44,059 nucleotides of DNA from an uncultured Candidatus Saccharibacteria bacterium (GTDB taxonomy: Bacteria; Patescibacteriota; Doudnabacteria; UBA920), in contig CAZYSI010000002.1 of the NCBI GenBank assembly GCA_964650345.1, positions 1-44,059 on the forward strand, given 5' to 3'. Under the pieces are notes generated by a model. It was not told where the DNA came from. It saw nothing but the letters and a program-made list of their open reading frames with translations, and searched no databases. The translations under genes were made by a program, and so were the position numbers. How positions within the stretch are numbered: the stretch's first letter is position 1; the number at the start of each line of letters is the position of its first letter. Shown here piece after piece: positions 9,949 to 18,299 of the stretch.

Positions 9949-10542
9949 ATGAGTCGTATTGGAAAAAAACCAGTTGTATTGCCAGCCGGAGTTACCGCAG
10001 AGTTGAGTAATGGAGTTTTAACAGTGAAAGGACCGAAAGGGGAATTAAAGCAGGACATCCACCCAAAAGTTGATGTGAAAATTGAAACCGGAGAAAATGG
10101 TACTGAGATATTGATAGATGTCGCTAAAAAAGAAGACAAGCGTGAGAAATCTCTTTGGGGTTTATTCCGTTCTTTGGTGCAGAATATGGCAGATGGTGTT
10201 AACACTGGATACACTAAACAATTAGACATTGTTGGGGTTGGTTTCAAGGCTGAAGTTCGCGGTACTACTTTGGTCCTGAACCTAGGTTTCTCTCATGCGA
10301 TTGATTTTGAGATTCCAGCAGGTGTAGAAGTGAAAGTAGAAAAAGATCCAGCCAAAGTTACTATTTTGCAGTATCAGACTACAGTTACTCTAACTGGTAT
10401 TAACAAACAGCTCGTTGGTCAAACAGCAGCTAACATTCGTGAGTTGAAGAAACCAGAACCTTACAAAGGTAAAGGAATTAAGTATAGCGACGAAACCATT
10501 GTCCGTAAGGCAGGTAAAGTCGTTAAGGCGGTAGGTAAATAA
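9949..10542 (+). CDS. rplF: 50S ribosomal protein L6
   Basis: [12 protein letters not shown].......L.VKGPKGEL and [10 protein letters not shown]. Confidence 0.97.
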   Translation: MSRIGKKPVVLPAGVTAELSNGVLTVKGPKGELKQDIHPKVDVKIETGENGTEILIDVAKKEDKREKSLWGLFRSLVQNMADGVNTGYTKQLDIVGVGFKAEVRGTTLVLNLGFSHAIDFEIPAGVEVKVEKDPAKVTILQYQTTVTLTGINKQLVGQTAANIRELKKPEPYKGKGIKYSDETIVRKAGKVVKAVGK

Positions 10543-10544
10543 CC

Positions 10545-10904
10545 ATGACAACTAATAGAGAACAACTTAAAAGACAGAAGCGCACACTTCGTCACAATCG
10601 CGTGCGTAAGAGCACTGTTTCAAAAACTGACCGCCCGCGTTTGGCCGTGTTTCGTTCAGCTACCCATATTTACGCTCAAATAATTGATGACAAAGCTGGT
10701 AAAACTTTAGTAGCCAGTTCAAGCAGTGAACTAAAGGCAAAGGTTGCTAAAACCGATGCTGCTACTGCAGTTGGCAGCGCAGTTGCTGAAAAAGCAAAAG
10801 CAAAAGGTATTACTAAGGTAGTATTTGACCGGGGTGGTAACCGTTACCATGGTCGTGTAAAAGCTTTGGCTGAAGCAGCTCGCGCAGCTGGGTTGGAATT
10901 TTAA
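10545..10904 (+). CDS. rplR: 50S ribosomal protein L18
   Basis: RPRL.VFRS..HIYAQ.IDD..G.TL...S and [23 protein letters not shown]. Confidence 0.97.
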   Translation: MTTNREQLKRQKRTLRHNRVRKSTVSKTDRPRLAVFRSATHIYAQIIDDKAGKTLVASSSSELKAKVAKTDAATAVGSAVAEKAKAKGITKVVFDRGGNRYHGRVKALAEAARAAGLEF

Positions 10905-10924
10905 TTTCGCTAACAGATAAATTT

Positions 10925-11431
10925 ATGATGGACAAACGACAACGAAAACCTAATACTCGTGGCAATGATCGCCCGGTACGCGAATTCGACCAAAAGGTTG
11001 TAGAAGTAAAGCGTGTTACTCGTGTTACTGGTGGTGGCAAACGCATGCGTTTCCGTGCTTTGGTGGTTATTGGTGACCACAAAGGCAAAGTTGGTATTGG
11101 TCTACGAAAAGGTAATGATGTAGCCGAAAGCGTAAACAAGGCAGTGAACCAAGCTAAGAAGAATATGATTGTTTTACCTTTGGTAAACGATACTATCCCT
11201 CACGAAATAAAGTTGAAGTACAAATCTAGCCAAATTATTATGTTGCCAGCTCGCCCAGGTACTGGGGTAATTGCTGGTGGTGCTGTTCGTAGTGTACTCG
11301 ATATGGCAGGTGTTAAGAATGTAATTTCGAAAATGTTGGGCAGTAATAATAAAGTTAACAATGTCCGCGCTGCGTTTGAAGCCTTTAAGTCTATGCGTAG
11401 TAAAGAAACTATTCTAAACGCTCGCAAGTAA
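10925..11431 (+). CDS. rpsE: 30S ribosomal protein S5
   Basis: V...RV..V..GG...RF.ALVV.GD..G.VG.G..K...V..A. and PA..GTG.IAGG..R. Confidence 0.97.
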   Translation: MMDKRQRKPNTRGNDRPVREFDQKVVEVKRVTRVTGGGKRMRFRALVVIGDHKGKVGIGLRKGNDVAESVNKAVNQAKKNMIVLPLVNDTIPHEIKLKYKSSQIIMLPARPGTGVIAGGAVRSVLDMAGVKNVISKMLGSNNKVNNVRAAFEAFKSMRSKETILNARK

Positions 11432-11448
11432 CTTTTCATTTTAAATTT

Positions 11449-11880
11449 ATGATTAAATTACATCAATTAAAAAAGCATCCGAAATCTACTAAGCGTCGTA
11501 AAGTTGTGGGGCGTGGTCTTGGTAGTGGTCATGGTACTTATTCCACTCGGGGTGGAAAAGGCCAAACCGCTCGCACCGGCCATTCTAAAATGCCGGCTCG
11601 ATTTGAAGGTACACAGCCCTTAATCCGCCAATTGCCTAAACTTCGCGGCTTCAAGAGCTTGCACGCTAAAGCAACTGCAATTAAACTTGACGCGCTATCT
11701 GTATTTAAAGATGGTGATGAGGTAACTCTAGCGACTTTGCGTGGTAATGGCTTGTTGCCGACTGGCTCTAAGCGCGTGAAAATTTTGCAAGGCAAATTAT
11801 CTCGCAAATTGACTTTCAAAGTCCCTGTATCTGAAACTGCTAAGGCTACTATTGAAAAAGCTGGCGGCAGTGTGCGATAG
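11449..11880 (+). CDS. rplO: 50S ribosomal protein L15; follows rpsE directly with no L30 gene
   Basis: L..L......KR.K.VGRG.GSG.G.....G.KGQ.AR.G. The gap to rpsE is only 17 nt. Confidence 0.96.
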   Translation: MIKLHQLKKHPKSTKRRKVVGRGLGSGHGTYSTRGGKGQTARTGHSKMPARFEGTQPLIRQLPKLRGFKSLHAKATAIKLDALSVFKDGDEVTLATLRGNGLLPTGSKRVKILQGKLSRKLTFKVPVSETAKATIEKAGGSVR

Positions 11881-11899
11881 TAGTGTAAAATAAACAAGT

Positions 11900-13180
11900 A
11901 TGAATACTTTAGCCCTTATCTGGAAAACTAAAGACCTGCGCTGGAAAATTGTTGCAGTGCTTTTGCTATTGTTAGCCACTCGCGTTTTGGTTAATATCCC
12001 GATTCCAGGGATTAACGTTAGCGGCTTGCAAACCTTTTTTGAAAGCAACCAGTTCGTAAATTTGCTAAACATTTTTTCAGGTGGTGGGTTAAGTAATTTC
12101 TCCATTGCCATGCTTGGTGTGGGCCCTTATATTACTGCGTCTATTATTATGCAGTTGTTGACCATGATTGTCCCATCTCTAAAGGAATTACAGAAAGAAA
12201 GCGGCGAAGCTGGCCGAGCAAAAATTAACCAATACACTCGATTTTTAACGATTCCATTGTCTGTTTTGTCTGGGTTCGGGACTATTCGCTTAATTCAAAG
12301 TCAGGGTGGCGCAGAAATTTTAGGTGTGTTTAGTCCTTTCCAATGGTTTTTGACTCTACTCTGCGTAACAGCCGGATCTATGTTCGTAATGTGGATCGGT
12401 GAAATTATTTCTGAATATGGTATCGGTAATGGTCTGTCTTTGATTATCTTTGCTGGTATTGTGGCTTCCTTGCCGTCTAGCCTGCAATCATTGATTCAAT
12501 TGTACGATCCAAGTAAATTGCCAATGATTATTGCTTTTGCAGCAGCAATTATTTTAGTTATTGCTGGGGTAATTCTAGTAACAGAGGCGCAGCGCAATAT
12601 TCCGGTGTCGTATGCTAAGCGGCAACGAGGTGATCGTCAGGTTGGGGGAGTGGATTCGCATTTACCGCTTCGTTTGAATCAAGCCGGTGTTATTCCAATC
12701 ATTTTTGCTTTGTCTTTAATGCTGTTCCCAGCGATTATTGCGCAGTTCTTTGTGAATGCGAAGACTCCTGCTATTGCTAGCTTTGCACAAGATGCTATCA
12801 ACTTCACTAACAATCAAGGACTCTGGTATGGAATTGCTTACTTTGTGTTAGTGGTAGCCTTCACATATTTCTACACTAACATTGTTATTAACCCTGATGA
12901 TGTTTCTGAAAATATGCAGCGTAGTGGTGGCTTTATTCCTGGGCTTCGCCCTGGCCAACAGACTGCAAACTATTTGTACAAGGTTTTGAATCGTATAACT
13001 TTACCTGGTTCATTGTTCCTTGGTTTGGTAGCAGTCTTACCGTTTATTGTTCAGCAGTGGACTGGTACTCAATCTTTGACGTTAGGTGGTACTGGTTTGT
13101 TGATTGTAGTTTCCGTTGTGATTGAAACCATTAAGCAGGTTGAAGCTCAACTGACCATGCACGATTATCAGGGATACTAA
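11900..13180 (+). CDS. secY: Preprotein translocase subunit SecY
   Basis: 10-TM protein with PIPGIN...., LGVGPYITASIIMQLL, WIGE.I.E.GIGNG.SLIIFAGI. Canonical position after rplO. Confidence 0.97.
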   Translation: MNTLALIWKTKDLRWKIVAVLLLLLATRVLVNIPIPGINVSGLQTFFESNQFVNLLNIFSGGGLSNFSIAMLGVGPYITASIIMQLLTMIVPSLKELQKESGEAGRAKINQYTRFLTIPLSVLSGFGTIRLIQSQGGAEILGVFSPFQWFLTLLCVTAGSMFVMWIGEIISEYGIGNGLSLIIFAGIVASLPSSLQSLIQLYDPSKLPMIIAFAAAIILVIAGVILVTEAQRNIPVSYAKRQRGDRQVGGVDSHLPLRLNQAGVIPIIFALSLMLFPAIIAQFFVNAKTPAIASFAQDAINFTNNQGLWYGIAYFVLVVAFTYFYTNIVINPDDVSENMQRSGGFIPGLRPGQQTANYLYKVLNRITLPGSLFLGLVAVLPFIVQQWTGTQSLTLGGTGLLIVVSVVIETIKQVEAQLTMHDYQGY

Positions 13181-13192
13181 TCCATAGATTAT

Positions 13193-13266
13193 AAAACTAC
13201 TAGTTATCTTTTCATTGATCTTGCTTTGTCTCGATTCGTTAAAGAATAACTAGTGGTTTTTTATTT
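13193..13266 (+). terminator. Terminator-like long hairpin after secY
   Basis: 15-bp stem aaaactactagttat (13193-13207) / ataactagtggtttt (13246-13260, one G-U pair). The loop is 38 nt and a T-rich run follows to 13266. Confidence 0.5.
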
Positions 13267-13286
13267 TGCCCAATAGCTCTATAATA

Positions 13287-13295
13287 TGGTATAAT
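13287..13295 (+). promoter_or_regulatory. Extended -10 promoter element (TGGTATAAT)
   Basis: tggtataat lies 62 nt upstream of the 13358 ATG. An overlapping tataat sits at 13280-13285. The same motif recurs at 23189, 31877 and 33508. Confidence 0.5.
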
Positions 13296-13357
13296 TAGAG
13301 AAGGAAATGCACCTTTTTGCATAACTATTTGAAATAAACATCAATAAATTATAAAAA

Positions 13358-13762
13358 ATGCTATTTGATCCTAACCGCACTACTGCCAGCGAAAACAAAG
13401 CCAGTGCAGCGAATGATTTAGAAAAAGATAATATTGCTATACAGGGCGAGTTTCGTCCAGAACCAGTCGAAGAACCAGAAGGCTTAGGGGTTGAAACTGA
13501 AAATTTTACTAGTAGGCCACAAAATCCAGAGGAAGTTAAGTTAGCTCCTGATTTGCCCTCAGATGAAGTTGTGCAGCCAACAACCGAAATTCTTGCTCCA
13601 GAAACTATCTTAGAAGAAGATCATACCAAATTGACTGGAGAAAAAGAAGAACAGGCTCGTTTTTTAGAACATCTTCTTGCTGAAGATTCAAAAATTTTAG
13701 ATCCTAATTCAGAAATGGACCCTGCCACATTAAACGATATGGTTGATGGTATATCTCAATAA
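13358..13762 (+). CDS. Hypothetical acidic, Glu/Pro-rich protein (134 aa)
   Basis: ORF sits 28 nt upstream of the ATPase gene on the same strand. Low-complexity acidic composition, no TM helix, no recognised motif. Confidence 0.5.
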   Translation: MLFDPNRTTASENKASAANDLEKDNIAIQGEFRPEPVEEPEGLGVETENFTSRPQNPEEVKLAPDLPSDEVVQPTTEILAPETILEEDHTKLTGEKEEQARFLEHLLAEDSKILDPNSEMDPATLNDMVDGISQ

Positions 13763-13790
13763 AATTTCTATAAAACAAAACTAAAATCAA

Positions 13791-16346
13791 GTGCCTTTTG
13801 AATTAAGCACCATTGCCATTGCCGGAATAGTCCTAGCCGTTCTAATCGCGGTGTTTTTCGCATTTCTAGCATATTACTTGCATCGCCATTGGTATTACAC
13901 CAAAGTTATCCTGCCGCGCACTAAGAACTGGGTGTTTATGGAAATACAAATGCCGAAAGAGAGCTCTGAAGATAAAAATTCGCAGCTGCAAAATAACGAA
14001 GAGGGCAAGAAGAATCTCATTGCTGTAGCTGAGCAATTATTTACCTCACTTTCGGAAATTAGTCATGAGAATTGGTGGTTTCAGCCGAAAGAGTATATTA
14101 GTTTTGAAATTGCTTGCACTGACAAGAAGATTTCATTTTACATAAACTGTCCTCAGCATTTACAGCAACTCATTGAAAAACAATTGCAGGCTCAGTATCC
14201 GCATTCATTTGTAGAAATTGTTCGGGCATATAATCCTTTCCAAAAAGGTGGACAGGTGGTTGCAACGGAATTACAAACCACGCGTCCATATGTGTTCCCG
14301 ATTCGTACCTATAAAACCATGGAGACTGATCCTTTGAACTCTTTGACTAACGCAATGTCGAAATTAGGCGAAGGGGAAGGGGCTGCTATTCAATTCATAC
14401 TCTCACCTGCAGGGCATCATTGGCAACACAAACCACGCCATATGGCTTTGGAAATTCAGCAGGGAAAGAATCCGGATAAAGTAGTTAAAGGGGTTGGCGC
14501 GCGCGTGGCTTCGGAAGCGTTTTCAACTTTGAAAGACAGCACTCTGGGGAAAAATAATCCTTCCGCAGCAGGACAGCATCATCAAGATTTGTCGGGAATG
14601 TACAGCCCGATTAATCTGACTCCAATGCAGCAGGAGATGGTGAAGCGGTTTGAAGAGAAAGCCAGTCGACCAGGATTTAAAACTAATATCCGGATTGTTT
14701 GTTCATCTGTTAATCCTGGTGCAGCGGCAGTGAATTTGAATAATATTGTTTCATCTTTTTTGCAATACAACATGCCTCCATTTAATGGCTTTCGAATTAA
14801 AAAGCGAGCTCAGGCCTCGATCGTTAAAGATTTTATTTTCCGCATTTACCGCCGCTATGGCAGCAAAGCCATTTTAAATACGGAAGAACTAGCTAGTTTA
14901 TGGCATTTACCAACGCCATTTTTAGAAACTCCGAATATTAAGTGGCTGCAGTCTAAAAAGGCGCCGCCGCCAGTGAATTTGTCAAAAGAGGGAATTTTAA
15001 TTGGCCGAAATATTTACCGCGGGGTGGAAACGCAAATCTTTGCAGATCGAGATGATCGCCGCCGCCACATGTACATTCTGGGACGAACTGGTGTGGGTAA
15101 AACCGAGATCATGAAGTATATGTCTGTGCAGGATATTAAGAACGGCGAAGGATTATGCATTATCGACCCGCATGGTGATTTCATTGAGGATGTGTTACCA
15201 CACATTCCAAAGGAGCGTGCAGAAGATGTAATTTTGTTTGAGCCGTTCGATACTGAGCGTCCAATGGGTTTGAACATGCTCGAAGTTCGCCAAGAAGGGG
15301 AGAAAGATTTTGCGGTACAGGAAATGATCTCGATTTTTTACAAACTGGTGACTGACCCTGCAATGCTAGGGCCAATGTTTGAACACAACATGCGTAACGC
15401 CATGCTGACTTTAATGGCCGACGAAACTCATCCTGGAACCTTAGTAGAAATTCCACGTATTTTTACAGACGTTGAGTTCCAAAAATACAAGATTAGTAAA
15501 TTACAAGATCCAGTGGTGCGAGCGTTTTGGGAAAAAGAAATGGCTAAGACCAGTGACTTTCACAAGTCGGAAATGCTGGGTTACTTGGTTTCAAAAGTTG
15601 GGCGGTTCGTAGAAAATTCCATGATGCGAAATATTGTTGGGCAGCCCAAGAGCGCCTTTAATTTCCGCGATGTCATGGACAATGGCAAAATTTTGTTGGT
15701 GAATTTAGCCAAAGGTAAAGTTGGTGAAATGAATGCCAAGCTGATCGGCTTAATTTTAGTCAGTAAGATTCAAATGGCTGCTATGTCACGCGCGGATATT
15801 CCCGAAGAAGATCGTAAAGACTTTTATTTGTACGTGGATGAATTTCAAAACTTTATTACCGACGCGTTTTCAAGTATTTTGTCTGAGGCGCGAAAGTACC
15901 GCTTGAACTTAATTATTGGCCATCAGTTCTTAGGGCAATTATCGCAAGGAGCGGGTGTTCAAGGCGCAGGTAGCAATGATCTACGTGATGCTGTATTTGG
16001 TAATGCCGGCAGCATGGTCACATTCAGGATTGGCGTGGAAGATGCCGAAATTATGGCCAAGGAGTACGCTCCAGTGTTTAATGACTTCGATTTACTAAAT
16101 GTCGACCGGTTTAATGCTTTTGTAAAGTTAATGATTAACGGCACTGCCAGTAAACCATTTAACATGGCAACATATCCGTTGGAAAAAGCCACCGAAGAAC
16201 AGCGCGCCACTGCCGCAGCCATTCGTCAGTTATCTCGTTTGAAATTTGGTCGTCCACGCGCTGAAGTTGAAGCTGAAATTCTCGAAGCTAGTCGTGTGGC
16301 TGACATGATGGCAGCCGGTGAGGCTGGAATAGAAAAAACCGTTTAG
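13791..16346 (+). CDS. Membrane-anchored FtsK/HerA/VirD4(TraD)-superfamily P-loop ATPase, type IV coupling-protein-like (851 aa)
   Basis: GTG start. N-terminal TM helix IAIAGIVLAVLIAVFFAFLAYYL. Walker A GRTGVGKT (nt 15081-15104), then CIIDPHGDF. Walker B YLYVDEFQNF (Asp-Glu at 15837-15842). C-terminal GNAGSMVTFR pattern as in coupling proteins. Confidence 0.75.
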   Translation: MPFELSTIAIAGIVLAVLIAVFFAFLAYYLHRHWYYTKVILPRTKNWVFMEIQMPKESSEDKNSQLQNNEEGKKNLIAVAEQLFTSLSEISHENWWFQPKEYISFEIACTDKKISFYINCPQHLQQLIEKQLQAQYPHSFVEIVRAYNPFQKGGQVVATELQTTRPYVFPIRTYKTMETDPLNSLTNAMSKLGEGEGAAIQFILSPAGHHWQHKPRHMALEIQQGKNPDKVVKGVGARVASEAFSTLKDSTLGKNNPSAAGQHHQDLSGMYSPINLTPMQQEMVKRFEEKASRPGFKTNIRIVCSSVNPGAAAVNLNNIVSSFLQYNMPPFNGFRIKKRAQASIVKDFIFRIYRRYGSKAILNTEELASLWHLPTPFLETPNIKWLQSKKAPPPVNLSKEGILIGRNIYRGVETQIFADRDDRRRHMYILGRTGVGKTEIMKYMSVQDIKNGEGLCIIDPHGDFIEDVLPHIPKERAEDVILFEPFDTERPMGLNMLEVRQEGEKDFAVQEMISIFYKLVTDPAMLGPMFEHNMRNAMLTLMADETHPGTLVEIPRIFTDVEFQKYKISKLQDPVVRAFWEKEMAKTSDFHKSEMLGYLVSKVGRFVENSMMRNIVGQPKSAFNFRDVMDNGKILLVNLAKGKVGEMNAKLIGLILVSKIQMAAMSRADIPEEDRKDFYLYVDEFQNFITDAFSSILSEARKYRLNLIIGHQFLGQLSQGAGVQGAGSNDLRDAVFGNAGSMVTFRIGVEDAEIMAKEYAPVFNDFDLLNVDRFNAFVKLMINGTASKPFNMATYPLEKATEEQRATAAAIRQLSRLKFGRPRAEVEAEILEASRVADMMAAGEAGIEKTV

Positions 16347-16365
16347 GGTTACCAAAAAACATAAA

Positions 16366-16374
16366 TGATATAAT
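16366..16374 (+). promoter_or_regulatory. Extended -10 (TGATATAAT) placed 6 nt before an ATG; leaderless-type promoter candidate
   Basis: tgatataat at 16366-16374. The ATG of the next ORF is at 16381. Confidence 0.45.
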
Positions 16375-16380
16375 AGATTT

Positions 16381-17763
16381 ATGGGATTTTCTGAAAAACT
16401 TCAATACGCACATAGCCAAGCGCAGGATGCAAAGGATCATATTCAAGGCAGTATCGACGAGATAAAAGATAAGATTACAGAGAAGGTTGATCCTTTGAAA
16501 GAAAAGGCTACTGCAGTCGCCGATGCTTATCGAGGGGTTAAAACTGGCGCTAAGGAAATAGTTGGTAGAGTTAAAGATACTGCGATGTTGGCGCGTGACA
16601 AAGCAGCAGCTACGCGTGTTGATATTGAAGAGGCTAAAAATGACCTTCAATTTGCTGAGTTTTTGTCAAAATCCGGAAAAGATTTAGATTGGGATGCCGA
16701 ACAGTGGCAAGTTAGAGAAGCGTATGTTCAGTACGAACGAACCAAACATGTAACCGATAAAATTGGTAGTCTATTCACAGAGAAGCTGCAGAATGTAGTG
16801 GGCGATAGTCCAGAAGTTCGGTCGTTAATTTCCGACCATCTCATTGAGTTGGCTAATACTAACCCCTCAGAGTTGATAAAATTGGAACGTTACGCTAATG
16901 CCGTGTCTGAAAGTCAAAAGCAAATACTAGAGAAGCAAGCTGAGATTGATAAGTTAGCCGGTGATTTTGCGGGTGATTCAAGCAGAGAAGCAATGCAAGA
17001 TAAGTTAACTACTTTAAAAAAATCAAAGAGCATAAAGGGTCGCATTCTTCAGAAAATCGATAAAGTAGGTTTGGCTAATGAATATATGCTTGCCTCAGAA
17101 AGTGCGAGGAAAAATTACAATCTTGGATCAAGGCGTGAAATTACTGCTGAAATAAAACAGCTGAGAAAAGGCATTAAAGGGATTAAGAAATTAGAAGATG
17201 CTCAAACTGAGATTCGTAACAAGTTTGCCTTTGAGCGTGCCCAATTATTTTTAGATAGTGATTCTGCAAAGGATATCCATAGTCGACTAGAAGCCATTAT
17301 AAATCAGAAGTTCGCAGAATTATCTGCGACGCCTAGTCTAGGCAACACTAAACGACTTCATAAAGCTCACCGGGCATTGCGTACTGAGTTTGAAAATGAA
17401 GGAAGTATTGTACGTACTGGTATTGGTAAAAGAATTTTGAATGATTCCTTAAATAGTCCTACCGAAATAGTAGGTCGGAGTACAAGAGATTTGCTTGCTG
17501 ATGAAAATTATTTGGAGGGCGAGATCGAGGAGCGGGTTGTAAGAAGGTTAAAGACTTTAGTTGAAAATAGTTCAAATGACCAGTTATCTGATGAAGTAGA
17601 TAAGTATTTTAAAAAACAGCAGTTCGCAGGTGCATCCCCAAAGAAGTCAGCAGAGAAAGTTTGGGGGGCGTTGAATCAGGTACGTGATAGATTTTCTGTC
17701 ACAGACCCTAATCGAGTACGCGTTGATTGGTTGCTGAGGAAATTAGAATTTAGAACAGCATAG
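16381..17763 (+). CDS. Hypothetical coiled-coil protein (460 aa)
   Basis: Long Lys/Glu/Ala-rich heptad-like helical sequence. Tightly linked to the ATPase upstream and to the next ORF (2-nt gap). Confidence 0.65.
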   Translation: MGFSEKLQYAHSQAQDAKDHIQGSIDEIKDKITEKVDPLKEKATAVADAYRGVKTGAKEIVGRVKDTAMLARDKAAATRVDIEEAKNDLQFAEFLSKSGKDLDWDAEQWQVREAYVQYERTKHVTDKIGSLFTEKLQNVVGDSPEVRSLISDHLIELANTNPSELIKLERYANAVSESQKQILEKQAEIDKLAGDFAGDSSREAMQDKLTTLKKSKSIKGRILQKIDKVGLANEYMLASESARKNYNLGSRREITAEIKQLRKGIKGIKKLEDAQTEIRNKFAFERAQLFLDSDSAKDIHSRLEAIINQKFAELSATPSLGNTKRLHKAHRALRTEFENEGSIVRTGIGKRILNDSLNSPTEIVGRSTRDLLADENYLEGEIEERVVRRLKTLVENSSNDQLSDEVDKYFKKQQFAGASPKKSAEKVWGALNQVRDRFSVTDPNRVRVDWLLRKLEFRTA

Positions 17764-17764
17764 T

Positions 17765-18061
17765 ATGAATAAATTTGATATTGATAATTTTATAGAGTTG
17801 GTAGAAGCGAATAAGTTGGATGATGCTAGTCAGAAACTTGGTAATTATTTTGATAAACTTACACCAGCGGAAAAAGGAAAGGTCTATGTAGATATTGCAG
17901 GTATTTATATGCGCATGATTGCTGAAAATAACATGCGTTTGGTAGAATTTTTAGATGCTCAATTGGCTCGGTTGAGAGAAATAGATGAAATTGAGTCTAA
18001 CGCTAGTAATCAGATTAAAGATAGATTTGATTTAGCAGATCTTAGAAAAAAGCTGCAATAG
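17765..18061 (+). CDS. Hypothetical small helical protein (98 aa)
   Basis: Starts 2 nt after the previous stop. No recognised motif. Confidence 0.55.
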   Translation: MNKFDIDNFIELVEANKLDDASQKLGNYFDKLTPAEKGKVYVDIAGIYMRMIAENNMRLVEFLDAQLARLREIDEIESNASNQIKDRFDLADLRKKLQ

Positions 18062-18084
18062 TAAGAGTTTGATAGTTTACTTTT

Positions 18085-18112
18085 AAAATCCCCTTTAAAT
18101 AAAAGGGATTTT
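18085..18112 (+). terminator. Weak terminator-like hairpin
   Basis: aaaatccc (18085-18092) / gggatttt (18105-18112), 12-nt loop. The stem is AT-rich, so this is a low-confidence call. Confidence 0.4.
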
Positions 18113-18136
18113 AAATATTCTTAAAAATACTAAACC

Positions 18137-18165
18137 TTGACAAAACGTCTTAAATTTGCTATAAT
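18137..18165 (+). promoter_or_regulatory. Consensus sigma70 promoter of the lectin cassette
   Basis: TTGACA (18137-18142), 17 nt, TATAAT (18160-18165), with TGC immediately upstream of the -10. Confidence 0.75.
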
Positions 18166-18299
18166 TTGCTAAATTTGAACAATAGTAGCTGCTGACTTAT
18201 TTTTCCGGAAATGTTGGTTAAAAGCCTGTATTTCCGGCAAAGTAATCCTTTGCCTGTACATTCCAAATTAAATACTTTCTTACTAAGGAGCATACTGTA

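Noticed and set aside
126-12111. Many 60-134-aa minus-strand ORFs inside tuf, the r-protein genes and secY (for example 335-739, 7111-7485, 9870-10247, 10813-11139, 11538-11897, 11797-12111).
   Set aside because: They lie entirely antisense to genes with unambiguous conserved products and have low-complexity translations. They are shadow ORFs.
16288-16650. Minus-strand 120-aa ORF spanning the junction between the ATPase and the coiled-coil gene.
   Set aside because: It is antisense to two better-supported genes and crosses their intergenic promoter-like region. The translation is Cys/Phe/Ile-rich and looks like noise.
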